DNA of 64,000 nt from an uncultured delta proteobacterium (GTDB lineage Bacteria; Myxococcota_A; Polyangia; Haliangiales; Haliangiaceae): the NCBI GenBank assembly GCA_963848295.1, contig CAWKDB010000010.1, positions 4,736,001 through 4,800,000 on the forward strand, read 5' to 3'. Positions within the stretch are counted from its first letter, which is position 1, and each line of letters begins with the position of its first letter. The position numbers were made by a program, and so were the translations under genes. This document shows, in pieces, positions 29,909 through 41,000 of the stretch. The notes beneath the pieces were generated by a model that was given only the letters and a program-made list of their open reading frames with translations, had not been told where the DNA came from and did no database searches.

Positions 29909-31570
29909 CTAGTACAGCCGATGTAGGTGCGTGCCGCGGTAGTAGTGGCCGAGGATCTGGGCGTTGCTCTTGCCGGCTTCGGCCATGCCGATCGCGCCCA
30001 TCTGGCACATGCCGACGCCGTGGCCGAAGCCGGCGCCGTGTAGCACGAACGTGTCGCCGTCGCGCGCGATCGAGAACAGCGTCGACTTGAGGCCGCCGAG
30101 CAGCCGGCGGATGTGGACGTCGCCGGTGACATCGACCGCCCCCTTGTCGCCGGTGATGGTTAGCACCTCGATCCGGCCGGAGCTGCCGCGCGTCTTGGCG
30201 GCGAGCGCGCGCACGCGTCCGATCTCCGGATACTCGGTCGCGACGCGCGCGCTGAGATCGGTCGCCGCGATCCGCTCGGTCCACCGAAAGTTCTTCTTGC
30301 CGAGCTTCGGCTTCGCGCACCACGCATCGCCGCCGGTCTCGGCGAGGAACGCGTCGAGGTTGCCGTCGGTGATCTTCGACATCCCGGCCTTCGCGTCGTC
30401 GCTGTGGCCGCGAAGCGACGGGTCCGGCTCGCCGCCCCAGATCGCGTCGTTGTCCTCGGTGTGGCCGCCGCACGACGCGCTGTAGCGGATGTCGACGAGC
30501 CCGCCGCCGTCGCGCAGCAGCACGAGGCCGCGGGTCGCTTCGATCGCTTTGGTCGATCGCGCGTTCTCCTTGCCGGCGCCGGCGTAGACCTGGCACTGCT
30601 GGGTCGAGCACAACAGGAACGGATCGGTCAGGTTGCGCCGGCCGATCTTCTGCAACAGCTCGGTCCGCGCCGCGATCGCCTGCGCTTCGAGCGCCGCCAT
30701 CGGCGCGTCGGGATACATCTCGGCCGGGACCAAGCCGGCGAGCAGCTTGTCCTCGCCGACCGCGTTCGCGGCGAGCAGCTGGCCGTCGTGATCGAGCGTG
30801 ACGTAGACCGTGCCCCAGTAGCGGCGATCCTCGGTCCCGGTGTCGAGCTGGCTGCCGCCGGTGTTGGTCGGAACGTCGGCGACGGTCAAGGTCTCGGCGG
30901 CGCGCTTGGTCGAGAACCACAGGACCGAAGGATTGCGGATCACGGTCGCGCCCGATCTCGCGACGATCGTGCCGGACGGCCGGCGCACCATCTCCTCGTG
31001 CACCGCGGTCCTGACGCCGAACTTGCGCGCGAGCTCGGCGGCGCGCGCGACGCCCTTGCCATGCGCGACCGGATCGATCGCGACGCGTGTCTCGCGGGTG
31101 TCGATCACTTCGCCGCCGGTGCCGAACACCGTGCCGATGTCGAACGAATGCGGATCGAAGCCGCGATCTTTCCAGCGCGCGAGCGCGGCGGCGATGCCGG
31201 TCGCGTCGTCGGGCCCGAACGTCTCGACGACGGTCCAGTCCTGGATCACGGCGGGCCTGGCGTCCTCGACCGTCACCGTCCACGCGTCGGCGTCGGCTTC
31301 GACCGAGCTGCCGCCCGCGCCATCGGGGCGGACGACGATGCCGCCTTTGTCGCGCACGTGAACCTCGCGCCGGCCTTCCATGATCTCGACCGTGACCAGC
31401 GGCAGGCCATCATCGGTGAACGTGAACCGGGTCGAATACAAGATCCGCAGCTTGTCGGTCGCCGACGTGTCGTCCGCGGCTGCGATGCCACTGGCCCCAA
31501 ACGTGACGAAGAACGCGGCCGCAAAAGCGAGCACGAACGCGACGACGGCGTAACACCCGGTGCGGACCAT
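29909..31570 (-). CDS. SpoIID/LytB domain protein (lytic transglycosylase-like)
   Basis: VPAEM..ALEAQAIAART, CQVY, YSASCGGHTE, GFGHGVGMCQMGA, ILGHYYRG. Confidence 0.92.
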   Translation of the reverse strand: MVRTGCYAVVAFVLAFAAAFFVTFGASGIAAADDTSATDKLRILYSTRFTFTDDGLPLVTVEIMEGRREVHVRDKGGIVVRPDGAGGSSVEADADAWTVTVEDARPAVIQDWTVVETFGPDDATGIAAALARWKDRGFDPHSFDIGTVFGTGGEVIDTRETRVAIDPVAHGKGVARAAELARKFGVRTAVHEEMVRRPSGTIVARSGATVIRNPSVLWFSTKRAAETLTVADVPTNTGGSQLDTGTEDRRYWGTVYVTLDHDGQLLAANAVGEDKLLAGLVPAEMYPDAPMAALEAQAIAARTELLQKIGRRNLTDPFLLCSTQQCQVYAGAGKENARSTKAIEATRGLVLLRDGGGLVDIRYSASCGGHTEDNDAIWGGEPDPSLRGHSDDAKAGMSKITDGNLDAFLAETGGDAWCAKPKLGKKNFRWTERIAATDLSARVATEYPEIGRVRALAAKTRGSSGRIEVLTITGDKGAVDVTGDVHIRRLLGGLKSTLFSIARDGDTFVLHGAGFGHGVGMCQMGAIGMAEAGKSNAQILGHYYRGTHLHRLY

Positions 31571-31615
31571 GCGACCAGGCTAGGCAGCCCAGCGCCAAGC
31601 GTGCAACAAACTGGC

Positions 31616-32278
31616 ATGACACCACTTCCGCCGCTGCCCGACGACGTGCTCGCCCGGCGCAACCAGCTGCCGGTGAAGCCCGCCGCGGTCGTCCTGACCG
31701 GGTCGGCGGTGGAGCTCGTGGCGCTCGACCTCGGCCGCGACCTCGCCGAGCTCCATGCGATCTCGAACGGCGAGCCTGTCACCCGCGGTGCCGTGCGCTG
31801 CGGTCGCTACGACCCGAACGAGCGGGTGTGGCGCTACATGTCCGCCGGTCCGTTCGCGGATGCCGCCGCGCTCGGCCGCTGGCTCGCGGCCCAGGAAGCC
31901 GCGAGCGACGGCCGGCCGTTCACCGTGCGCGATCGCGCGACCGGCGCCCCGCTCGGCGTGGCGAGCTTGATCGCGAACCAGCCCGCGCACCTCAAGATCG
32001 AGCTCGGCAGCATCTGGTACGGCCCGATCGCGCAGCGCACCGGGGCATCGCGCGAAGCGACCGCGCTCTTGCTCGCGCACGTGTTCGGCCTCGGCTATCG
32101 CCGCGCCGAATGGAAGTGCGATGCCCTCAACGAGCCGTCACGCCGCGCCGCGCTGAGCTACGGGTTCACGTTCGAAGGCATCCACGACGCGCACTACATC
32201 ATCAAGGACCGGAACCGCGACACCGCGTGGTTCCGCATGCTCGATCATGAATGGCGCGCGGTCCGGCCCACGATGTAG
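31616..32278 (+). CDS. GNAT (RimJ/RimL-type) acetyltransferase
   Basis: IELGSIWY, GYRRAEWKCDALNEPSRRAA..GFTFEG, RNRDTAWF. Confidence 0.9.
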   Translation: MTPLPPLPDDVLARRNQLPVKPAAVVLTGSAVELVALDLGRDLAELHAISNGEPVTRGAVRCGRYDPNERVWRYMSAGPFADAAALGRWLAAQEAASDGRPFTVRDRATGAPLGVASLIANQPAHLKIELGSIWYGPIAQRTGASREATALLLAHVFGLGYRRAEWKCDALNEPSRRAALSYGFTFEGIHDAHYIIKDRNRDTAWFRMLDHEWRAVRPTM

Positions 32279-32823
32279 CGCAGGTTGACGAAGTTGATCG
32301 TGAAGTGCGCGACGATCGGGCCGCCGAGGTTGCCGGTCCACCTCGCCAGCGCGCCGAACGCGACGCCGAGCACGAGCGCCGACGCGGTCCACGGCAGAAA
32401 CCGTCGGCCCGGCCCGACGTGGAGCAGGGCGAACACGATCGCCTGCACCCAGAGGCCGAGCCACGGCAACAACGCGCCGCGGAACATCAGCTCCTCGCCG
32501 ATCGAGCTCGCGAGCGCGAGCACCGCGATCTCACCGCCGCCGAGTGGACCGAGCAGATCGCGAAAGCTCGAGTGGAGGTCTCGCGCCCACTCGAAGTGCT
32601 TCGTCGCGATCCGGGTGAGCACGACGATCACGCCGCCGAGCGCAGCACCGAGCGCGGGACCGAGCAGCAACATCGTCGCCGCCGGCGAGCCACCGAGCCG
32701 GTACAGATCGGGATCGCCGCGCCCGGCCGCGATCAGAAACGCGACGATCGCCATGCCTCCGTACAGTCCGATCACCAGCGTGCCGCGCGACAACGGCGGC
32801 GGTGGACTCTCGGAGTACGACAT
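32245..32823 (-). CDS. CPBP (CAAX/Abi) intramembrane metalloprotease
   Basis: EELMFRG, FALLH, AHFTIN. Confidence 0.9.
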   Translation of the reverse strand: MSYSESPPPPLSRGTLVIGLYGGMAIVAFLIAAGRGDPDLYRLGGSPAATMLLLGPALGAALGGVIVVLTRIATKHFEWARDLHSSFRDLLGPLGGGEIAVLALASSIGEELMFRGALLPWLGLWVQAIVFALLHVGPGRRFLPWTASALVLGVAFGALARWTGNLGGPIVAHFTINFVNLRYIVGRTARHS

Positions 32824-32833
32824 CGCGCATATA

Positions 32834-33472
32834 CTACCGCCCGAACAGCATCGACAGGTCCCACATCACGCTGCGATCCCAACCCGATGCGGTCGTCGCG
32901 GTGTCGCAAGGCCCGCCGCACGACACCGCCGTCCCGACGTTGTTCTTCGGGGCGAACGTCGCGCGCACCGCGAAGCTCATCCCGCGGTACGTGCGATCGG
33001 TGCGGAACCACGACGACGTGCCGATGCCGATCGCGAAGTCCGGCCGCGTCCACACCCCACCGCTGTCCCAGATGTAGTGCTCGAGTCCCGGTCCGCCTTC
33101 GGTCCAGAACGATAGCCCGCCATCGCGGTCGCCGACATGATCGAACGTGAACCGCGCATTCGCACCGAACCGATGCTGCAGGCCGGCACTGCCGGTCGGT
33201 GAGGTGATGCCGATGCGCGCTGCGGCATCGCGGTCGCCGGGCGCGGGATACCTCAGGCCGGTCAAGTCGTACTCGCCGTAGAGCAACAACCTCGGCAACA
33301 GCCGAACGCCGGCGTCGACGTGACCGCCGCGGAAATGACTGGCGTCGACGCCATCGACCTGCGCGCCGCCCGAGCGATAGCCAGCGGCGACCTCGAGGCT
33401 CGGATGCAACGGCCCTGCGCTAGCCGTGGCTGCAAACGCGCCGACCAACAACGGACTGAGCCAGTGCTTCAT
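32834..33472 (-). CDS. Putative outer-membrane beta-barrel protein (paralog of 5811..6461)
   Basis: Signal peptide; WDSGGVWTRPD, CGGPCD, GWDRSV, C-terminal FGR. Confidence 0.7.
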   Translation of the reverse strand: MKHWLSPLLVGAFAATASAGPLHPSLEVAAGYRSGGAQVDGVDASHFRGGHVDAGVRLLPRLLLYGEYDLTGLRYPAPGDRDAAARIGITSPTGSAGLQHRFGANARFTFDHVGDRDGGLSFWTEGGPGLEHYIWDSGGVWTRPDFAIGIGTSSWFRTDRTYRGMSFAVRATFAPKNNVGTAVSCGGPCDTATTASGWDRSVMWDLSMLFGR

Positions 33473-33559
33473 ATCTCCATCGGACCCCAACCGGCCGAGC
33501 GAGGCGCACTAACCCTTCGGGCAATTGCCGGTAACGCCGCCAATGGTCATGATGTGCCC

Positions 33560-34579
<1,020 letters not shown>

Positions 34580-34589
34580 CGCGCGCGTT

Positions 34590-34717
34590 GGGGACGGTGT
34601 TCAACTTGTCAACCGCGACGGCGGGCCGGTTGACAAAGTGAACACCGTCCCCAGCTAACTTGGCGCCACGCCTACAGTCCGATCAGCGGACCGGTTGACA
34701 AAGTGAACACCGTCCCC
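34590..34717. repeat. REP-like palindromic element: hairpin plus a third direct copy
   Basis: GGGGACGGTGTTCAACTTGTCAACCG (34590-34615) pairs 24/26 with 34627-34652; 34626-34652 is repeated exactly at 34691-34717; lies between convergent genes. Confidence 0.88.
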
Positions 34718-34721
34718 GGCG

Positions 34722-35384
34722 CTAGCGCGCGCGATCGAAGCGATGGAAGTGCAGCCCGACCGTGACCGCGACCGTGACGTTGTCGCGATCGGTCAGATCG
34801 ACACCTGCGAGCGCGCCGATCGTGACCCGCGGCGTCAGCCACAGATCGAGCCGCGCACGGCCTTCGACGACACCGTAGTCGCCGCTCGCGACGACGCCGG
34901 TGTACTCCGACGTCAATGCGGCCAGTCGCAAGCCGCCCGCGAGCTCGGCTGCGCCGGATAACAGGCCGGCGCTGGCGTGGATGCCCGCGAGTAGCTTGAC
35001 CGCGCCGAACGATCCGCCGAGGCCACCAGACGAGGGCGCCATCTCCCCATCGCCGGCGGCCGTGCGTCCGAACGCGCTGGCAGCCGAGCCATCGGTGTTG
35101 TTGACGCTCGACACGCGACCGAAGTCGGCTTCCGCGCCGAAGTAAAACAGCGGGCCGAACGCAACGCGCGGCCCGACCCGAAGCAGCTCGCCATCGGCGC
35201 GATAACCGCCGACGTCGAACCGAGTCCAACCGAGCGTCGTCTCGTACCACGCCGCCGCATGAGCGCGATGCGGGCGCTCGACGCCGCACACGAGGTACGT
35301 ACCCGGGCCGCGATAGCACTCGTCGGCTACGGCGACGCCAGCGGACGCTCCCAGGATCATCACGATCGTAGCGATCCGCCTCAT
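34722..35384 (-). CDS. Putative outer-membrane beta-barrel protein
   Basis: Signal peptide MRRIATIVMILGASAGVAVA; alternating beta pattern; VTVGLHF near C-terminus. Confidence 0.65.
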   Translation of the reverse strand: MRRIATIVMILGASAGVAVADECYRGPGTYLVCGVERPHRAHAAAWYETTLGWTRFDVGGYRADGELLRVGPRVAFGPLFYFGAEADFGRVSSVNNTDGSAASAFGRTAAGDGEMAPSSGGLGGSFGAVKLLAGIHASAGLLSGAAELAGGLRLAALTSEYTGVVASGDYGVVEGRARLDLWLTPRVTIGALAGVDLTDRDNVTVAVTVGLHFHRFDRAR

Positions 35385-35557
35385 TACTCCATGGTGAACT
35401 CGTTCGCCGCGCGGTGCAACGACTTCGAAAAGCGCCTTGAAGCTCGCTCCGCAGCGCAGACCAGGAATCGAGATCGTTCCGTCACCATTTCGACCCAAAA
35501 CGTTGAATCGCGGCAGGGATTGATGTTTGATTCGCCGCAGAAAGTGGAGGATTCCTG

Positions 35558-35758
35558 ATGAAACGACTGATGGGACTTTGTCTTGCTCTGAGCATGGGTG
35601 CTGGCGCGTGCGCGTACAGCGGTGTTGCCGTGACCGCCGACGGTAAGGCCGTCGTCGCTCGCAACGACTCACTTCTGTTCGGTCTGCTCCGCGCTGTCTA
35701 CGTCTGCAATGTCACCCCGACCGGCCTCGCGAACTGCGCTGCCGGCACGGCGCCGTAA
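35558..35758 (+). CDS. Small lipoprotein (66 aa)
   Basis: RBS GGAGGA; AGAC lipobox-like; two further Cys. Confidence 0.7.
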   Translation: MKRLMGLCLALSMGAGACAYSGVAVTADGKAVVARNDSLLFGLLRAVYVCNVTPTGLANCAAGTAP

Positions 35759-35770
35759 GTCGCCGTTCGG

Positions 35771-36223
35771 TTGATGCGAGCTGCTCGTGCAGCCGCTGCG
35801 CCGGCCCGTCTCGGCGGTGCAGCTCTCTTGTTGTTGTCGGTGCTTGGCTGCACCAGCAGCTCGGATTCCAAGGAACCGCCGAAGCCGACGCCCCCCGATA
35901 ACTCGGTGGGCATCGTGATCAAGGCGGTGTCCGGGTCGCCGGAGCTGCAGATGAAGGCGACCTTCGATCCCGGCGTAGAACCGGGCTCTCACATCGCGCC
36001 GCTCGCGACGATCGTTGCGAGTGCGCGCGCTTCGTGCTTTTCGGCAGGTACGGGGCTCACCGGCGTCACCACCGCGGACATCGACGTCCAGGGCAAGCGC
36101 GTCCACGTCACCGCGCACAACAGCTGGGGCGAGTGTTTTGCCAAGGCGATCGAGGGTCACTCGATCGACGACCCCGCGAGCTACAGGGTCGCGCTGCAGC
36201 TGAGCCCCGGGTCGCGGGCGTGA
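35771..36223 (+). CDS. Hypothetical lipoprotein
   Basis: Lipobox VLGC; operon-like spacing. Confidence 0.65.
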   Translation: MMRAARAAAAPARLGGAALLLLSVLGCTSSSDSKEPPKPTPPDNSVGIVIKAVSGSPELQMKATFDPGVEPGSHIAPLATIVASARASCFSAGTGLTGVTTADIDVQGKRVHVTAHNSWGECFAKAIEGHSIDDPASYRVALQLSPGSRA

Positions 36224-36858
36224 ATCGCACCGCGCTCACCGCGCTGACGCTCGTGATCGCCACGACCGTCGCGGCCGCGGACACCGATCCGCCGCCCGTC
36301 CCGGTTTCAGCGACGCCGGCTCCGAGCGACTCGCCCGCGCCGACCGCGCCGACCGAACCTGCCGTGACGCCGACGCCGGCTCCTGCGCCAGTCAAGCAAG
36401 TCCTCGTCGAGGGCTTCGTGTCGCGCAGCGGCACGACGTTCGACCTCACCGTGTCCGGCGGCCTCAAGCTGTGGAGCGGCCACGGTGATCCGAACCGCTG
36501 GGGGTTCGCCCGGATCCGCGCCGGCGTCATGCGCTACTCCGAGCCCGCGTTCTTGATGGCCGGCATCGCGGCGCAGTACGGCGTGCTCGATTCATCTTCG
36601 CTCGGGATCGAAGTCGAAGCGGCGAGCACCGAGGTCGGCGCGTGGGCCCAGTTCGGTGTGTTTCCGATCGATACGGTGCACGGCACCAGCATCGAAGCCG
36701 TGCTCGGCTACACCTTGTTCGGTCTCGAGTACGAGCGCCGCGTCTCTGGTGATCGCGAGGGCGATCAAGCGCTCGTGCTCACGCTGCACGTTCCGCTCGG
36801 CCTGATCAACGTCATGCGCAAGCCGCCGCGTGGCGTGACGGTCTATCCGTCGCGCTGA
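36220..36858 (+). CDS. Hypothetical exported beta-rich protein with Pro-rich linker
   Basis: GTGA overlap with previous stop; signal peptide; P/T/A linker. Confidence 0.65.
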   Translation: MNRTALTALTLVIATTVAAADTDPPPVPVSATPAPSDSPAPTAPTEPAVTPTPAPAPVKQVLVEGFVSRSGTTFDLTVSGGLKLWSGHGDPNRWGFARIRAGVMRYSEPAFLMAGIAAQYGVLDSSSLGIEVEAASTEVGAWAQFGVFPIDTVHGTSIEAVLGYTLFGLEYERRVSGDREGDQALVLTLHVPLGLINVMRKPPRGVTVYPSR

Positions 36859-36889
36859 GCGTGCCGGTGTCCATCGGGTTCGGCGAGGG

Positions 36890-37456
36890 CTAACCGGAGC
36901 CCGACGAGCGCTGGCCCGGTAGATCGACGCCGATCGCGCCGTCGGGCCACGCGAGCGCGACCGCGGACGCGTCACGCGAGATCAGGTAGCGCGCGCCCGC
37001 ATCACCGGTGAGCGCGAGTAACGCCGCGAAGTGCGAGTGCCCGAACACCGCGGGGATGCCGAGCCTGCCCGCGTAGAGCGACGCGACGGTGACCCGCGAG
37101 GTGCGATGCGCCGACACGAGCGCGCGGACGTGCGTGGTCGTGAGTCGAGGCTGGTCGCAGACGAGCAGCGCGAGCGCATTGGCGCCGACCCCGTGAGCCC
37201 ACGATGCCGCGACGCGGATCGACGAGGCGATGCCTTCGCGCCAGGCGAAGTTCGCGATCAGCTCGAGGACGAGGCCGTCGAGCGCGGTCGCGACCTCGTC
37301 GGCATGTGCGCCGAGCACCACGGCGACCGGGGCACACGCGGCGAGCGCGCATCGTGCGGTCGCGCGGACCAGGGTGGACTCGGGCCGCGCCAGCCGGTTC
37401 GGACGACCGAGCCGGCTCGAGCTCCCGGCGGCGAGGACGGCGGCCGCGACCTTCAT
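36890..37456 (-). CDS. MocA/MobA-like nucleotidyltransferase (possibly degenerate)
   Basis: VLAAGSSSRLGRP, WREGIASSI, CDQP, GDAGAR. Confidence 0.82.
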   Translation of the reverse strand: MKVAAAVLAAGSSSRLGRPNRLARPESTLVRATARCALAACAPVAVVLGAHADEVATALDGLVLELIANFAWREGIASSIRVAASWAHGVGANALALLVCDQPRLTTTHVRALVSAHRTSRVTVASLYAGRLGIPAVFGHSHFAALLALTGDAGARYLISRDASAVALAWPDGAIGVDLPGQRSSGSG

Positions 37457-37621
37457 GCGCCGGCCGAGGTGCAAGCGATACGCATGAGCGCGCCATCGAG
37501 CAAGAACGAGGCCCGCGCTCGTTCGTGAATCGAGCGCACGGAGTCCCGGTCGGCGCGACCACCGCGCGCGCTTGTCACACCGTGCGCGAGCCGCAGCGCG
37601 CGCATCGGGCACGTGCTCGTG

Positions 37622-38050
37622 TCAGTGTATCGATGTCTCGCGTCGGCGTTGCGCGAGCTCGAGCAGCGCCTTCACCTTCGCGAGCGTCGCCGGCTTGAGC
37701 ACGTGCCGATCGAACCCGGCCTCCGCGGCGCGAGCGACGTCGGCGGGCTGGCCCCATCCCGTCAGAGCCGCGAGCACGAGCGGATGCTCCGTCTCGGTCT
37801 CGCGCAGCTGGCGCGCGATGTCGTAGCCGCTGACATCGGGGAGGCCGATGTCGAGCACGACGAGATCCGGATGGAGCTCGCGCGATCGTGCGAGCGCACC
37901 GGCGCCATCGAGCGCGAGCTCGCACGTGTGTCCGAGTGCTCGCACGAGCTCGCACGTCATCGCCGCCGCATCGGGATAATCATCGACGACGAGGACGCGA
38001 AGCGGCTGGTTCGGTACAACGACAGGCGAAGCGTTCAGGCTCATCGTCAC
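37622..38050 (-). CDS. Single-domain response regulator
   Basis: VLVVDD, LDIGLP, LTGWG, LKP; coupled to the upstream kinase stop. Confidence 0.92.
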   Translation of the reverse strand: MTMSLNASPVVVPNQPLRVLVVDDYPDAAAMTCELVRALGHTCELALDGAGALARSRELHPDLVVLDIGLPDVSGYDIARQLRETETEHPLVLAALTGWGQPADVARAAEAGFDRHVLKPATLAKVKALLELAQRRRETSIH

Positions 38051-41000
38051 GACTCCATCGGGATCTCGACAACAAATTCGCTACCACATCCGAGCCCGGC
38101 GCTGCGAGCGGAAACCCGGCCACCGTGGAGCTCGACCATCCGGAGTACCAGGTTCAAGCCGATGCCGAGGCCGCCGCGAGTTCTCCCCCGGGCGTCGCGA
38201 CACTGCGTATAGAGATCGAACACGGTCGGAAGATCGTCCGCGGCGATCCCAACGCCGTTGTCGCGCACCGCGAACACGACGCGGCCCGCGGAGGCGCGGA
38301 CCTCGAGCGCGATCTCGCCGCCGTCCGGAGTGTACTTGGCGGCGTTGGTCAACAGATTGACGAGGATCTGGATCAGGCGCGTGCGGTCGCCGCGCACCTG
38401 CAGCGGCCCATCTGCGATCTGCAAGTCGAGGTGATGGCCGGCACTCTCGAACAACATCCGCGTGTCCTCGACCGCGGCGAGCGCGAGCGCGCTCGCGTCG
38501 AGCGATTCGACCGCGAGCTCGACCTTGCCCTGCGTGATCCTCGACAGGTCGAGCAAGTCGTCGACGAGCCTGATCAGATGATCGACCTGACGATCCATGA
38601 TCGCGCCGGTGCGCTGGACCTCCTCGGCATCGCTTGGATGGAGCTGCTGGAGATCGAGCGCGACCCGGAGCGGGTTGAGCGGGTTGCGGAGCTCGTGAGA
38701 CAGCGTCGCCAGGAACTCGTCCTTGCGCCGGTCACTCTCGCGGAGCGAGCGTTCGGCTCGTCGCCGATCCGTCACGTCGATCGCGATCCCCGCGAGAGTG
38801 CCTTCGACGTCGCGGTCGGCAGGGGCGCGGCCCAGGCTCCACAACCAGCGCGGACCCGCGGGATGGGTGAGCTGATACTCGACGCTGAGCTCGGCGCCGC
38901 CGGCCGCGGCATCGACCGCACCCCGGACGCGCTCGCGATCGGTCTCGGCGACGCGACCGAACCAGTCGTCGAGCGCGACCTCCGCGGATGGTTCGAAGCC
39001 GTGGAGGCGCGCACATTCATCGGACATCCGGATCCGGCGAGCGGCCGCATCGATCGTCCAGATCCCCATGTTCGCGGTGCGCTCCGCGAGGTGGAGCATG
39101 CCGTCGCTGGCCCGCAATGCGTCCTGAGCTCGCGTGAGCTCGGTGACATCGATGAACGTCAGGACGACGCCCTCGATGCGGTCCTCGAGCGAGCGGTACG
39201 GCAGGATCCGCGCGAGAAAGTGGCCGCCATCGCGCGTGCGCACCTCGCGCTCGACGTGGTGGAGGTGCTCGAGCACTTCGAGCGCGGACTCGGCGAGGTC
39301 GTGGCAGTCGAGCTTGTGGGTCAGGTGCGCGAACGGGCGCCCGATGTCGCTCGGGATGATGTTGAACAGATCGCGCGCGCGTGGCGTGAATCGCCCGACG
39401 TGCAACGTGCGATCGAGAAACACGACCGCGATATCGGTCGACGTCATGAGGTTCTGAAGATCGCCGTTCGCGCGGCCGAGCTCGTCGACCTTGAGCTTGA
39501 GCTCGTGATTGACCGTGGACAGCTCCTCGTTGACGGATTGCAGCTCCTCTTTGGAGGTCTCGAGCTCCTCGCTCGCCGAGCGCACTTCCTCGTTGATCGC
39601 GTGCAGTTCCTCGTTCGAGGCCTTGAGCTCCTCGACCGACGTCTCGTATTGCTCGATCGTCTGGCGCAGCTGGTCGCGAGTGCGTTGCAGCTCGGCCTCG
39701 AGCTCGTCGACGACCGGAGCGGCGACACGCTCGCCGCCGAGATCGTGGGCGTCGACGCGAGACAGCCCGTCGCGTTCGTCGAACATGACGAGCAGGAGCC
39801 GGGCGGCCACGTCGGGCTTGTCGACGGTTTGCACGCGGATCTCGATCTCGCGGGCGCGACCATCGTCGTCGAATCGCACGACCCGCGTGTCGCCGGCCCG
39901 GCCGACCTGACGCGCGCGGTAGATGGCGCTACGCAACTCGAGGCGCAGCCCGGGGTGAACGAGGCGCAGGATCTGTCGCGTGGGCTCGCCACCGGGTAAC
40001 GCGAGGAACCGGCTGGCGTGCTCGCTGACATGGACGACCTCGAGATCCTCGTTGAGCAACACGCTCGGTGGCGCGTAATGCTCGACGATGCGATGGTGGA
40101 GCTCGCCGAACGACGACGGCGAGCGGTCGCCGTTCATCACGCCTTCGATCGCAGCCGGGATCCCCATCGGCCAGCGCAGCCCGGAGAAGCCGAGATCGTA
40201 GCTGACCGGGCTCGGCGACGGGCGGCGGGTGAACAACCGCGCTTTCGCGTCGAGCGCCGTGAATAGGACGCCGCCGTTCTCCGCCGACTCCGATGCGCCC
40301 AGGAACAGGCAACCGTCTTTGCGCAGCCCGAAGTGGAACATCGATAGCGCCCGCTGCTGGGCTTCGCGATCGAAATAGATCAGCATATTTCGGCACGACA
40401 CCAGGTCGAGCCGCGAGAACGGCGGATCGCGCAGCACGTTGTGCGGCGAGAACAGCGCGAGCTCGCGCAGCTCCTTGCGCACGCGATAGAAGCTCGCCTC
40501 GCGCACGAAGAAGCGGTCGAGCCGCTCCGGTGACACGTCGACTGCGATCGCCTCGGAGTAGCGTCCGGTGCGCGCATTCGCGAGGGCGCCTTCATCGATG
40601 TCGGTCGCGAAGATCTGGATCCCCGGCGGCTCGCGAAGCTGACTCGCGTGCTCGAGTAGCAACATGCCGATCGAGTAGGCCTCCTCGCCGCTGGCGCAGC
40701 CCGACACCCAGACGCGGATGTGCTCGGAGCGGTCGCGACCTGCGAACAGTTTCGGGATGACCAGGCGTTCGAGCGCCTCGAACGTCTCGGGGTCGCGGAA
40801 GAAGTTGGTGACGCTGATCAGGAAGTCATGCACGAGGCTCATGAGCTCGTTCGGACGCTCGCGGACATGGCGATGGTAGTCGGCGATCGAGCTCACCTCA
40901 CAAACTTGCATACGTCGTGCGAGGCGCCGGTACAACGTGGCGCGCTTGTAGTACGTGAAGTCGTGGCCGGTGCGGATGCGGACGAGCGTGAGGATGTCGC

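Noticed and set aside
34590..34717. Possible mini-CRISPR (27-bp direct repeat with 38-bp spacer)
   Set aside because: Only two direct copies plus an inverted copy forming a hairpin; no cas genes; fits REP-like elements better
37470..37490. Sigma-54 promoter upstream of the MocA-like gene
   Set aside because: TTGC present but the invariant GG at -24 is missing
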